Source: Scyliorhinus canicula (taxonomy: Eukaryota). From it: a stretch of DNA of 64,000 bases. The translations under genes and the position numbers were made by a program. The notes under the pieces were generated by a model. The model did not search any database. It saw only the letters and a program-made list of their open reading frames with translations, and was not told where the DNA came from. Positions 13,766-26,615 of the stretch are shown here, one piece after another. How positions within the stretch are numbered: position 1 is the first letter of the stretch; every line of letters starts with the position of its first letter. The stretch covers positions 118,894,636 through 118,958,635 of the forward strand of contig NC_052161.1 of NCBI RefSeq assembly GCF_902713615.1. The letters run 5' to 3'.

Positions 13766-16700
13766 GTAAGAAGCTGTTATGGGCAATGAAAAGCATTCAG
13801 CTGGAAAGGCTGAAATAACAAACCATAGGAACCAGTGGAATCGGATTATGCACAGAAGAATTTGCAGCCTGCTGTTTGATCACAAGGATAACACAGCAAC
13901 TAACACCATTTCTCCTTCAAATCCTCTCATTTCTTTAAGATCCTCCTGAATGGCAAGTGTCACGAAGCACACTAATGTTTGTGAGGCTGTCCCAAAGAGG
14001 AACACCGGTTTGTGGGGGGTTTATTGTTTTATTTAGTTTTGCTGTGAGGGGTCAAGTGAAACCCCAGGGAGACTAAATAGCCCAGTCGCCGGGTAACAAT
14101 TATTAATGACTATTTATTAAAGAAAAGACAAATACACATAAAGAGGACTACTCTACTTTATGAATTTCTAAACACCCACAATTTCTATAGAACGTGCCCC
14201 TTGTTACAAAACAATACCTGAACTCTGTGAGACTTCCCCTGTTCCCCCAAACAACACCCAAATTAAATAACCAGCTATAATTACCACGCAATACAGGGAT
14301 GATACTCAAATCTGGGAGCCTGGTCCAGCAAAGATATTTAAAAACTGATGTTACAAAGGTTTTCTGCACTGCCTTGGCTCTAAGACTTAGAAGCTTGTTT
14401 GCTGTAAACTTGGCCTTCAGGTTTAGTGGCTGGAAACTGGCTTGTCCACTTTCTGAGACCACTAGATGGTAACTGCCTCTCCTGACTTTTAGGTCTGGGC
14501 AATTATACCTTTGTTGTTCTTTGATTATGCCTTCTGTGTATTCGGCTGTCTATCCCTATCAATGCTCTTGACTATACACTAATATATGTATAAATCAGGG
14601 ACCTACCCAATCGTCTATAATATGTTTTTCCTCCATACGCTATTCATACTTGATTATTATCTAAACTGCTGTTCTAAACTCATTACAGGGAGAAATATAC
14701 CAATAGAGGCCCCTTTTGAATGCTGTCTAATTTGTCTCCGGGCAAGTTCACGCCACAAGCATAGCCCCAAGCCACTGCTCGGAACAACTAACTGCCTTCA
14801 TCAGTCTTCTTCGCTGATAGCAGATGTGAGGCGTTTGAGAATTTCCTCATCTCTAAAATTTAGACTGTCTATTTGACTGCCTCATCTTCTCACCTCAAGT
14901 GGTTCCATCACATAAGCAAAAAATATTCAGTTAAACCATTTAAGAAACAATGGGCGGGGTTACTGTGATGTGATATTCCAATATGTTGAGCTTTGAGTCC
15001 CATTCAAGGGCAATCTAACGGGATGAGTGCCAACTCTTAGCTATAATCAATCTGACATTAACATGTTTGGGCAGTGTCAACCCATTTAGTATTGGATGTG
15101 GGCCCAGAGGAGAAAACCACTTACTCTTGCACTAGTTTGAACCTAAGGGTTCTACTTCTGTGTGGTATCTGACAGATTCTACTTCTGTGGTCCCAGAACC
15201 TGGCAGAGGTGTGTGATGCAAAATTGTACACCGTGCACATCTTATTCCTGAACAGGTAATTATTAGGAAAAGGTGCAAGAGGATTGTCAATGTGGGAGGT
15301 GGAAAGTCTCACGCCTGGGCAGTAGAGGGTGCTATATCAGCTACTCTGGTTTGTTATGGGGCCAAGTGTCAGGTTACCTCTTCTGGCTGTGCCCAGGAAT
15401 GTCCTGCACCAGCACATTCCACTGTTGGTATCACAAGCTTGACTTACAAGTCATGACATTGGGCGAGTGATATGAGCCAATTTCAGAAATCAAATCACCT
15501 GAACAGACATCATGCTAAAGTTTGTTGACCTGCTCCTCCTCCTGGTCCCCATACCCTAAGAGGCCATTGGCAACCATGGTCTTCCATGGGGTTGGCCCAT
15601 GATTATGGACCATTGGATTGGCCCATGATTATGCTCGGCAAAGTGCTGCAGCAGTTTGCCTTTTGCAGTGTATTTGAACAGGAAACTCTCCCGCTCTTAT
15701 CGCCTTCCATCAGGCATGTTGGACGGATTGATAATCAACCTGTTTGGCCACGTTATGAACACACCTTCCCTGGCCATTAAGTCCTGGAGTGCGACTTAAA
15801 CCCAGTGCTTCTGGCCCAGAGATAGGGACGCTACCCACTCCACTTCAGGAGTTGACCAGTTAAACTTTTGTAATTCCTGGTTGCACAGAAAGACAATGAC
15901 CAACAGAATCAGGGTTAGAATGGAGACTGGGAATTGTGAAGGTACAGACTGATAGAGACGATTGAATTCTAGCTAAAGGGAGATAGTCCATGGCATTTTA
16001 GTAATTCTTACACTGTTATCCCATTATTTGCAGGGATGAATATGGTTGGACCCCACTGCATCATGCCGCATTTAATGGTTGCCTCATGCTCGTTAAACTC
16101 CTTGTTCACCGCGGGGCACCAATCGATGCCGCAGACCAACATGGCTGGACTGCTCTTCACCGGGCCACGTGGAATGGGCACACTCAGGTTGCTGAGTTCT
16201 TGCTGCATCGCGGAGCTTTGACTACTGCGTGCACCAGGTGTGGGATGACGCCGTTGCACTGTGCAGCTGCATGTGGGCACACGCTGACTACGCAGCAGAT
16301 CCTCAGCTATGGTGCGAGCACAGATGTGTCCGATGCAAGATGCTGGACTCCATTGCATTGGGCAGTCGTGAGTGGCCAACCACATATAATAGAATTCTTA
16401 CTATCAAAAGGAGCATCAGTGAACTGTACGACATGTGGCAACATGACACCCTTGCACTTGGCAGTGGAAGTTGGAAACAGAGAGGTGATTCAATTGCTTT
16501 TGGAAAATGGAGCCTGGATCAATGCAGAAGATGATATGGGAAGGACTGCATTATCAATAGCTGCTGCTAATGGCCATCAAGAGGTATGTCGAGATGAAGG
16601 GTTCCCAAACTGGGTTCCTCCTTTTCTGCCCCACACCAGATTGATTGAGACAACATGGGTATTGTGCTATTTCCAGCTCATCAGATCAGTTGCTGGCTTC

Positions 16701-19700
16701 TCCAGAATACAGGATTAGCGCAGAGTGTGGGGGAGAGGAGAGTGTGGGATCTGTGTGAGAGAGAGGGACCTGCAGGGGGTGGATGGGGGGGGGGGGGGGG
16801 GGGGGAGAGCAGAGCCTGTGAGAGGGACATGCAAGTGGGGGAAGGAAGCAGGGCCCACGACGGGCAGGGGAGAGCGGGGCCTGTGAAAGGGAGTGGGGCA
16901 TGTGAGAGGGGGGAAAGCGGGGCCTGCGAGATATGGGGGTGAGTGAGGCCTGTGAGGGGGGAGAGCAAGGTCTGCGCGCGGGAGGCAGTGCAGGGCCTTC
17001 AGGGGGGGGGGGGGGGGCAGTGGGGCCTGTGATGGGGCGGGGGTGAGTGAGGCCTGTGAGGGGGGAGAGCAAGGTCTGCGTGTGGGAGGCAGTGCAGGGC
17101 CTTCGGGGGGGGGGGGGGCAGTGGGGCCTGTGATGGGGGGGGGGGGGGGGGGAGTGAGGCCTGTGAGAGGAAGGGGAGTGGAGAGCGTGGCCTGCATGGG
17201 GAAGAGGGTGCAGGGCCAGTGGAAGTTGAGAAGTGCGGGGCCTATGAGAGGTGTGGAGAGTGGGATCTGCAATTGGGGAGAGAGCAGGGGCCCGCAAAAG
17301 GGGGCAGGGGAGAGCTGGGCCTGCAGGGTAGTGAGAGTGAACCCTGTGAAAGTTGGGGAGAGTGGGGCCTGTGAGAGGAAGGGAAAGCTGGGCCTGTGAA
17401 AGCCTGGCGGGAAGAGTGGGGAAGGGCAGAGCAGTTGGGTCCCAGGCCAGGGGCAGAGAGGTCATGCCTTGGAGAGAGAGGTGAGTATGTGTGAGAGATG
17501 AGAATGAGTGATGTAAATGTGTGAGTGAGTGAATGAGAGATGAGAGGGAGTGTGTGAGATTTTTTTAAAATATAAATTTAGAGTCCAATTATTTTTTCCC
17601 AATTACGGAGCAAGTTAGTGTGGCCAATTCACCTACCCTGTTTCTGGAGATGAGACACAAAGGGAAAATATGCAAACTCCACACAGAGTGACCTGGGGCT
17701 GGGATCGAACCCGGGTCCTCGGCGCTGTGAGCCAGCAGTGCTAACCACTCCGCCGCCATGCTGCCCTGCAGTGAGAGGAAGGGGAGTGGAGAGCGTGGTC
17801 TGCATGGGGAAGAGGGTGCAGGGCCAGTGTAAGTTGGGAAGTGCGGGGCCTGTGAAAGGTGTGGAGAGTGGGGTCTGCAGTTGGGGAGAGAGCAGGGCCC
17901 GCAAAAGGGGCAGTGAGTGAGAGATGAGAGTGAGTGTTTGTGTGTGTGAGAGATGTGTGTGTGTGTGAGAGATATGTGTGAGATATATGTGAGTGTGACA
18001 GATGTGTGTGTGTGAGAGATATGTGTGAGATATATGTGAGTGTGACAGATGTGTGTGTGTGTGAATGTGAGAGATGTGTGTGGGAGATGTGTGTGGGAGA
18101 TGTGTGTGTGTGAATGTGAGAGATGTGTGTGTGTGTGGGAGATGTGTGTGTGTGAATGTGAGAGATGTGTGTGTGTGTGGGAGAAGTGTGTGGGAGATGT
18201 GTGTGTGTGAATGTGAGAGATGTGTGTGTGTGGGAGATGTGTGTGTGGGAGAAGTGTGTGTGTGTGAATGTGAGAGTTGTGTGTGTGTGGGAGAAGTGTG
18301 TGGGAGATGTGTGTGTGTGGGAGAAGTGTGTGGGAGATGTGTGTGTGTGGGAGAAGTGTGTGTGTGTGAATGTGAGAGATGTGTGTGTGTGTGTGGGAGA
18401 AGTGTGTGGGAGATAGACTTATTACATAGAACATAGAACAGTACAGCACAGAACAGGCCCTTCGGCCCTCGATGTTGTGCCGAACAATGATCACCCCACT
18501 TAAACCCACGTAACCCGTATACCTGTAACCCAACAATCCCCCCATTAACCTTACACTACGGGCAATTTTGCATGGCCAATCCACCTAACCCGCACATCTT
18601 TGGACTGTGGGAGGAAACCGGAGCACCCGGAGGAAACCCACGCACACACGGGGAGGACGTGCAGACTCCACACAGACAGTGACCCAGCCGGGAATCGAAC
18701 CTGGGACCCTGGAGCTGTGAAGCATTGATGCTAACCACCATGCTACCGTGAGGCCCCTATGTGAGATGTGTGTGTGAATGTGAGAGATGTGTGTGTGTGT
18801 GGGAGAAGTGTGTGGGAGATGTGTGTGTGTGGGAGAAGTGTGTGTGTGAATGTGAGAGATGTGTGTGTGTGTGGGAGAAGTGAGTGTGGGAGATGTGTGT
18901 GTGTGAGATGCGTGTGTGTGCACATTTGTGTGTGTGTGCCCAACATGAGAATCTAACATTCCAGCAGCATTCTTCCCATTTAAAGGAGCAGCAACAGACC
19001 TTCCATTAAACATGATAAAATGGTGAGACCCAAGTGAATTATTTAACAAGAGAGCTTGTTAATTATAGTAAACGTAGAGAGAGAGAGAAAAAAGGCTTTG
19101 ATAAATTAGGTTTTTGTATGTTTGTACGTGTTGCACAAAAACAATCGTTTTTTTTTGTGGTTTGGCTCTTCAACAATAATAATGTTTCTCAGGGATTCCT
19201 CAGTATTCTTGGGAGGTCAGAAACATTCCGCAAAGTTTGAGAAACACTGGTCGAGACAATGAATTCCTGTGCTAACATTGCAAACTCTATATGAAGGCTG
19301 TGTTCATGAGACATTGAAAGGGATGGACCACACATACGCTTATCTAGTTTCAGTATGTCCCAGCACTTCAAACCAACGTTCTTTAAAATACTAGAGCCTA
19401 GCTCATCTCGAATTTCTTCTGCAGTTCTCTGCCCTAAAGCAGGTCTGACCCACAATGCCACAACCTCCACAATGGGGGACGGCAAGGAGGCAGCTCCCAA
19501 ATTTACCCCAACCAAAATAGGGATCAAACCCGATGCCATTGATCTCCTCCAGCAATCTGGCATCCCCAAGGGTTGCTGTGGCAATGTGGACTTTTACATG
19601 CATGTTGTGGTCATGGAGCCATGAAGTAGTGATGGTAGCGGCTCTGAGTTTCTTCGCGACAAAGGGGTGACTAGTGTAGTGGATTGAGGTGCCTGTCTCT

Positions 19701-21707
19701 TTAAGACAGCACAGCAGAGGAGGGTGACCTGGCTCTGGGGACCAATAGGGACTGAGAGCGGGTGATTGCCATGGAGGGTGGGGTTCCCTCTGGGGCAGAA
19801 TACATCAGGGAGCCATACGGTGAAGATGTAAGGCGGCTGCTCTGTGCATTGTGCCCTGTTATCAATAAACTCTGTTCACACTAAGAACTTCCACTTCATT
19901 GGTCATCACACCCAGGAATCTCTCCCATCTTTACCACCTGACATTGGTGTGGGTTGGAAGGATTTACAAATTGATACATTGTGATTGGCTACATTGTGAA
20001 TCCACTTTCCTTTGACTATCAAGTCCCGGAGTCGGCCTTGAACCCGGACCGACTGGCTCAGAGACAGGGAAGTACCCACGATGCCACAAGAGCTCCATAC
20101 CTATAATTTACAGCTAAACTGTGCTAAATTCTATCCCCTTTAGATCACATTTCTCTGGAAAGTTGGGAGTGGGAATGTGTTGCAAACATAGGTCTGTCAG
20201 AGAGATACCTTCACAGTTTTGGTGATATCATTCACGCCTGAAAACACACTGCCCTTATGAGGCCATAGCCAGCGGACGGCACGCCGCTGGGAAGCACGCG
20301 GGTGGGAGATCGGAGAATCCAGCCCCGGATGTTCTAAGTTTCAGTTTCTGGATGGCTGTCGATGGCAACTGCTTTGTTCCTGGAAGCACAAATAAAGAGT
20401 CATGGAAAAACCCAGGTAAAGGACCCAGAGTGCATTCCCCGAGAGGGTGGTGCAGGCAGGTACAATCAGGGCTTTATAAAGGGGACTGGCAAAGCACCTG
20501 AAAACATTCGCAGACCCACAGGAAAAGGATGAGGGGGAGTGGGGTTGAGTTGCTCTTACCGAGAGCCACCATAGACGCGCGGGCTGAATGGCCTCGTTCT
20601 GTGCTGTAATAATCCTATGATTCCATACAACCCTTCTCAATAAAGTACTGCAGAGATACTGAATCACAGAAGTGTTCAAAAGCAAAAGGAAGCCATTCGG
20701 CCCATCGTGCTGCACCAGCTCTCCAAACAGACACCATGGTTTAGTGCCATTCCCCTGTCTTTTCCCCCATAACCCTGCACTTTATTTCTATTCAAATAAA
20801 TATCTAATGCCCTGTTGACTGCCTCCCTGAACCTGCCTCCACCACACTTCCAGGCAGAGCATTCCAGACAAAAATAGAAAATGCTGGACATTCTCAGCAG
20901 GTCTGACAGCATCTGTGGGGAGTGAACGAAGCTGTGTTTCGCGTCTGGATGACTCTTTGTCCAGTTTTGATAAAGAGTCATCCAGACTCGAAACGTTAGC
21001 CTCGTTCGCTCTCCACAGACGCTGTCAGACCTGCTGAGATTGCTCAGTATTTTCTGTTTTTGTTTCAGATTCCAGCAGCCGCAGTAATTTGCTTTTATCT
21101 TAGTGCGTTCCAGACCTGAACTACTCGTTATGTGCAAAGGTTTTTTCTCACATCAGATTTGCTTCTTTTTCAAATCCCTTTAATTCTGTGCCTTCTCGTT
21201 CTTGATCCTCTTACGAGTGAGGAAAGTTTGTCCCCATCTCCTCTGTCCAGCACACTCGGGATTTTGAACATCTCTACTGCCTGGGGCTAGTGTTTTATTT
21301 TTTGTTTCCTGCAGATAGTGACAGATTTACTAGCACGGGGGGCTGCAGATAGTAACCGAGCCTCAGCTCTCCAAGCTGCAGCAAGAATAGGTCACATCAG
21401 AATATTGGAGCTCCTGACAGAACGAGGGGCCAGCGTGGACATCAGAGATAGCTTGAACATGACTGCACTTCATCGAGCAGCAGAGAGGGGAGACACAGCA
21501 ATTGCAGAGTTCCTACTCGAGCACGGAGCTGACATAGAGGCCAGAGGCAGGCTGAAGAAAACCCCGCTCCACTTCGCCATGGAAAGGGGTCATGAGCGGT
21601 TCATCCACTTGCTGCTGAGCAAAGGTGCAAATGTGTTTGCCACGAGTCAGTGGAATGAGACTCCACTCGACGTGGCATCTGCACAGGCCTTTCAAAAAAT
21701 CTCTTAG
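13494..21707 (+). CDS. ANKRD65: Ankyrin repeat domain protein 65-like, spliced CDS join(13494..13765,16034..16583,21315..21707), ~404 aa with ~10 ankyrin repeats
   Basis: Three ankyrin-coding segments join in frame at canonical GT-AG sites (AG|gtaag, phase 2, to cag|G; GAG|gtatgt, phase 0, to cag|ATA). Repeated G-x-T-P/A-L-H...G-A motifs. The C-terminal GRLKKTPLHFAMERGH..LLLSKGA..SQW resembles human ANKRD65 as I recall it, and the gene lies upstream of MRPL20. The start codon is uncertain. Confidence 0.82.
16034..16583 (+). CDS. ANKRD65: ANKRD65-like coding exon 2 (DEYGWTPLHHAAFNG...AAANGHQE)
   Basis: Acceptor ttatttgcag|G, donor GAG|gtatgt, about 5.5 ankyrin repeats with no stop codons. Confidence 0.9.
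16720..17480 (+). repeat. G-rich degenerate minisatellite (ggggcctgtgagagg motif, poly-G runs)
   Basis: Recurrent GGCCTGTGA motif; ~17163-17305 is duplicated at ~17771-17910. Confidence 0.85.
17560..17765 (-). mobile_element. V-SINE, A-tail type
   Basis: tRNA head and ttggaaaaaataattgg-type tail on the minus strand. Confidence 0.75.
17915..18940. repeat. Complex (TG)n/GAGA satellite
   Basis: Recurrent gtgtgtgaatgtgagagat and gggagaagtgtg units. Confidence 0.95.
18424..18757 (-). mobile_element. V-SINE with CR1 tail, inside the TG satellite
   Basis: Closely similar to 2521-2864. Confidence 0.88.
19675..19910 (+). mobile_element. Possible solo LTR
   Basis: TGTAGTG...CATCACA ends, CCAAT and AATAAA inside; TSD is poor. 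Confidence 0.35.
20867..21095. mobile_element. Inverted pair of Penelope-type terminal repeats (long hairpin)
   Basis: 20867-20958 is the reverse complement of ~20972-21065; the same motif (ctctccacagacgctg) recurs at ~9850-9950, 48070-48175 and 53790-53900. Confidence 0.7.
21315..21707 (+). CDS. ANKRD65: ANKRD65-like terminal coding exon (IVTDLLARGA...AFQKIS*)
   Basis: Strong polypyrimidine acceptor ttttttgtttcctgcag, ankyrin repeats, TAG stop. Confidence 0.9.
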   Translation: MVTDLLARGAADSNRASALQAAARIGHIRILELLTERGASVDIRDSLNMTALHRAAERGDTAIAEFLLEHGADIEARGRLKKTPLHFAMERGHERFIHLLLSKGANVFATSQWNETPLDVASAQAFQKIS

Positions 21708-24263
21708 CTTATTGAAATACATAAATGGCGATATGGTTTTGGCTTTAAACTGAAATCAATACTATGGCCTGGACAGCATCATAAATCACACACCACTGTA
21801 ATTTGTACAACACTGTAACTCGCACAGATTCACTACTGCTCACAATGCCATGCACTGAAAAACAGGCTGGAATTTTCCCGCAGTTGTGATTCACTGCGGC
21901 AGCAAATCCCCGCCCGCGTGTATTGGCAACAATGGGAAATCCTCATTGACAAGCGGTGGGATGACAGAATCCCGGTGCCGCCGAGGAATACGCAGCTGGG
22001 GAGTGGAGAACCCTGCCCATTGTTTGTGCACCAATATACCTTGGACGGAACGTAACAGAAACATTTCTAAATTAATTTGTGGGTGGGCTCCCCACCGCTA
22101 ATCAATGACACTTTGTCACTTTTTTGGGCCCTGGGGTGTGTTTCTCACCAGTTGAGCCCACACTTAGAATTTTTTTGATTACTGGGGAGCTGAACTCAGA
22201 GACCGTGCCACCATTTTGAAAGGGTGCCCCTATCTCTAAGTGAGCTTGTGGATCCCCCCCCCCTCCCACCCATAGGCAATGGCACCCCCCCCCCCCCCCC
22301 CCCCCCCGCACGCATGGACACTACTCCACAAACCTCCAAGTGAGGACACCCCACAATGGAACCCTTGGGGCCCCCACCTCATCAGCCCCCCCCCCCCCCC
22401 CCCCACATCCCCTTACAGGAACCTCCCTCCAGGATCTCACCCACAACCCTCCCAACCTCCCAGAGACCCTTACTTACCTGCCCTGTATCCCCTCACCCGT
22501 CATACAGCCCCTCCACCCTCCTTTCATGGGCATGGCCTCGCTGGTGCCTTGACCAACTTGGGAGCACCATCTGAGCAGCCAGGGTGGCAGTGCCAAGATG
22601 CCAGCTGGGCAGTGCCAAGTTGCCTGCGTACCAGGGGGAGGGTCGGGGGCCACCTTACACTATCCTTGGCCACCTAGGGGACTCCAATGGCCTGGGAAAC
22701 CCCCTCCAGGTGCCGTTCCACCTGGTCCATGTGTGTGTGGACCAGTATTGAATGGCGCCCGGCTGCAGGCCGGTAGATCCCGGTTAAGCTCGCCTACGTA
22801 GGTTAAAACCTACATAGGCGCGCGCTGTTTTGTCATGCCCCTTTTGGGTGGGATTCTGATTCTGACACCTCACAGGACTTGGATATATTCCGTGAGGTTT
22901 ACAGGCTGCTGGGAAGCCCACGAGAGGCCTCTCCCTGCACCTACTGGCCATGTTGCATTCTCGCTCGAGCGCAACCTGGCCAGTAGATCCCGCCCCTTGT
23001 GTAATGCCCGACCATATATACAGCAGCACATCTTCTACACCACGAGCCCTTGTGCCACATGACCTTGCCTTAATATCCCAACCTCACAATGGAGAAGAGT
23101 CAGAAAAGGAAAGGAGATGGTGGAAATCCCACTTCAATGGGACATTCCATGCTTACCCCATTGTCATTGCCCTGCTGTGCTTCCTAACTTCCTTCCTGGC
23201 AATACGCAAGTTTATTCAACCCCTCTGTCCCCACCACCTGCTCTTTCTCACCCGTGACCTTCAACAAACTCATTAGCACCATCCTCTGAGGTATGTTCTT
23301 CCTCTAATTGAGGTCTGTCCCCTTTGTATTGGGTGCAGTTGGTGCCAGCAAAGAGATTGTCGTGACATAGTCATATAGACCTACATACCCACCATCGCAC
23401 TGGCACTGAAATTCATCTGTAACGTTACTCAATTGTGTGGTAGACAGAATGTCTTTTTGGACTGGGTCAGCATCTGTTATTGGGAAATAGCACTCACGTA
23501 ATCACTATGTCCCAATGATTGGCTGGCCAAATCAAACAGCGCCTTCCTGCAGTTGCTCGTAAAAGGCAAAGTAGTGACCGTTATCAGTCAGCCCATGCTT
23601 TCAAAAACCAAAAGGAAACATCTACTGTTAGATGTGAATCTGTGATTTGGCAGCACTAGCTGAAGAATCCTCAGTGCTCCAATAGCTACACTAACAACCA
23701 ATTTAAGATAATCAGTCGAGCCCATAGCATGGCTCATTTACATTTGCTAGAAGTGACACACATTCATACACAGGGACCCATTCTCTGCAAACAAAAGGAA
23801 TATGTTCAAGCTTTGTGCCTTTGCTGAATTACCCAGGAACTTGGGGAGCCTATGGTTCACCATTGCTTTCTCCACGGCAATGTTAGCTTCTAGCTGCTGT
23901 TGAGTAGTCAAGAGTTTTGCTCCTTTCCCAAACACCTTTATTTTCCTTGAACACACTCGCCACAAAGCTCTATCACCACCAGAAGTGCCACCTGCAACCC
24001 CTTTACATATCAGTGTCAATTATTGGATACTTAACTTCAATTTGACATTTAATTGGAATGTTCTTAAGGCATTCGTAACAGACCATGCCTCAGCCAATCA
24101 GAGTTGACTTGGCAGGTAATTAGCATCCCTTTCCTCCTGTAGTACAAATTGCTGTGATCATTTGAAATTTGATATTCTCGTGTTTGCCCTGATGAGTTTA
24201 AGATGAAAAGCTTCCGCAACATGCCTCTCTTTTCAGCAATATTGAAGCTCCACACTACCTTCT

Positions 24264-24535
24264 TTTAAATGTATTTTATTACAAACTTACATAAAAGGTT
24301 ACAAAACATACCAATTCCCCAACACACAACTATCCAATTTGTACAAATGTTTCCCTTTTTCACCCCCCTCCTCCCTCGCCCCCCTCCTCCCTCCGCCCCC
24401 CTCACCCACCGCGACGAACAGCTCCTCAAACGCGGCCACGAACATCCCCTTCTTGTCTCGAAGCCCTCTGCTGAACCCCTTATTCATACTTGACCTTTTC
24501 CCGCCAAAGAAAGTAATATAAGTCCCCCAGCCAGT
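24264..24535 (-). mobile_element. Probable L1/Tx1-type LINE 3' end
   Basis: Minus-strand G-rich 3' UTR, AATAAA and A-rich tail. Confidence 0.45.
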
Positions 24536-26615
24536 TTCTATTTCTTTTACACTAAAACTCTATTAATTTCCCCTGCTACAACCTGATTGGCATAGGCTGT
24601 ATCAAGATCTCTGACTTTAGGCTCACAGGGGTGTTGGAGTTTGCAATGCCTTTGCCTAAAACAGACAACATGTGACTACACTATAGTACATTACAATCAC
24701 TGAGTGTTTGAACTTCTGTACTAATGGAGCTGATTGTACTGAAACTTAATCAATACATGCATAAGTCAATCAAAGATTTAGAATTAATTGTAATTGTAAG
24801 ATTAATGCAGTGACAAAAAATAAAACTGACTATTTAACCAATGTGTTGGTATATTATAATGAAGCTAATTCTAACTATCCAATCTACTCAGAACAGTGAC
24901 AGAGCTGTGATGGAGCTAATGTCAATGAGAGTCATTAAGCATTCATGCATCATGAAGCTCAGTCATTTTACAGAAGCTTGACGTGTGAAGCCCTTGTAAA
25001 GTGTTTAGTGTGCCAAGGATTTTACTACAGTGCAGAAAGAGGCCATTCTGCCCATCGAACGTGCACTGACCCTCCGAAGGAGCACTAATAGGCCACTTGT
25101 GGCATACCTACTGTTGGGCCATGAACCTAGTAAATTAATTACTAGGTTACTAGGGGTATTACTCTTAGCCACTTTGTTAAGGTATGCCACCTTCTTCCAT
25201 GTCTTTTATTAGCCCAGGTGTGTACAAACAGCATTGAGCTTGGAGCCATTTCCTGCCAGTCATTCTTCCGTGCTGTACTCTGGAGTGGCAAAAAAAAGGT
25301 ATCCCTTATTGCATCCAGCTCCATTTCACCAGCTAGGAGGTCAAATGCTGCGTTACTTCATCACTTACCGTCAGATTCCATTTCCTGCCCCACACTTCCA
25401 GTGCGAGATGGAGTTTTGCCAGCCATGTTATACAACAAACAGCCTTTGGCCGAGTACCTTGCTAAAATAGTTGCAGCCTTGAGAAGGCCAACATCACATT
25501 TAAAGGGTTGCTCGTGCAGTATTCTCCCTCCCCCACCACCCCCAACTCCAGCTCCCAGTGTCAAATGAAGCCCAGAAGAAGCATGCACAAACTGATATAA
25601 GAAAAATCTACTTGCCAACGGAAATCACGCACAATTGAAGTGTGGCTGCAGTGGTTAGCATAAACCCAAGACACTCTGGACTCACAACATCGCCGTTGAG
25701 ATCAGACAATTATGCTACATATTAAAATCAGAAGTGATACCCGGAGTTAAAATATTATGTTTAGCATTCATGTGTTTTTGGTTGGAAAGGTTTTTTTTTG
25801 CAGCAGCAGGTTGTTTATTTTTTAAATGTGAAGTTGGATAGAGAAAAATCTGTTTATTTTCCAGGTCAGATTCTGTTTCAGGGGTTATAACCATAGCTCC
25901 TCCAATAGATGAAGCTTCAAATCCTTAATATTAATTACTTTGGTTAAAGGCCTGCCTGAATAAAGTGTAAAACTCTTTCTTGGGGTCAACTGCGTGACTA
26001 TATCACAGATAAAGATTTATTTCTGTCGTTGGACTTGTCGTCTGTGTCCTACCAAGAGCCTCTAAAATTTGAGTTGATTTTCACCGCTGGTTCTTGCACT
26101 ACATACAACACTATTGATTATTTATAAAGACCACACAATGAAACATCCCAAGAGGCTCCCCGGGAACATTGAAGGAAACTGGCTATTTCTGATTGGTAAA
26201 AGGGTAATTGATTTAGCCATTTTTAATGTATACTAAAGCCCAGTTTAAAATCCATTTTAAAATGGATTTCATCATATAACTTCAAGCATACCTTAGATTA
26301 CAAATACACACAGCTTGCAGAATTTGCAAAGCACAGAATTTGAAACATTCAGAAGCCAGCTAAAGCTTATGCAACGTTTTACTGATATTATAAACTGACC
26401 ATTGTTCTAATGCACAGAATTGCAAAAGCTATGCAGCCATACCACAAACTGATCAAGGTCGCCATGACTACATGAACACACCATTGTTCAGAATACAGAT
26501 AGTAGCGCAGTCAGCAATAAACCAGTGAAAACTAGAATTGATTAAAAGGATATATCACATTCCAACACACATAAACATCTACAAATGCAACATATCCGAT
26601 TTTATATTGCACATT

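Larger units (their letters stand above)
16596..19249. mobile_element. hAT-Charlie-type non-autonomous element inflated by internal satellites and SINEs
   Basis: Ends gAAGGGTTCCCAAACT...AGTTTGAGAAACACTG; 8-bp TSD GTCGAGAT/GTCGAGAC, close to the Charlie NTCTAGAN target. Confidence 0.62.

Noticed and set aside
13958-14912. Possible LTR-like insertion in ANKRD65 intron 1
   Set aside because: TG...CA ends can be found, but there is no convincing TSD or second copy.
16584-16718. C-terminal 44 aa of the 210-aa ORF as part of the main ankyrin protein
   Set aside because: It lies beyond the splice donor in transposon-derived intron sequence; the ankyrin repeat continues correctly in exon 3.
17589-19049. 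His/Thr-rich and Cys/Val-rich ORFs
   Set aside because: Translations of the (TG)n satellite and SINEs within an intron.
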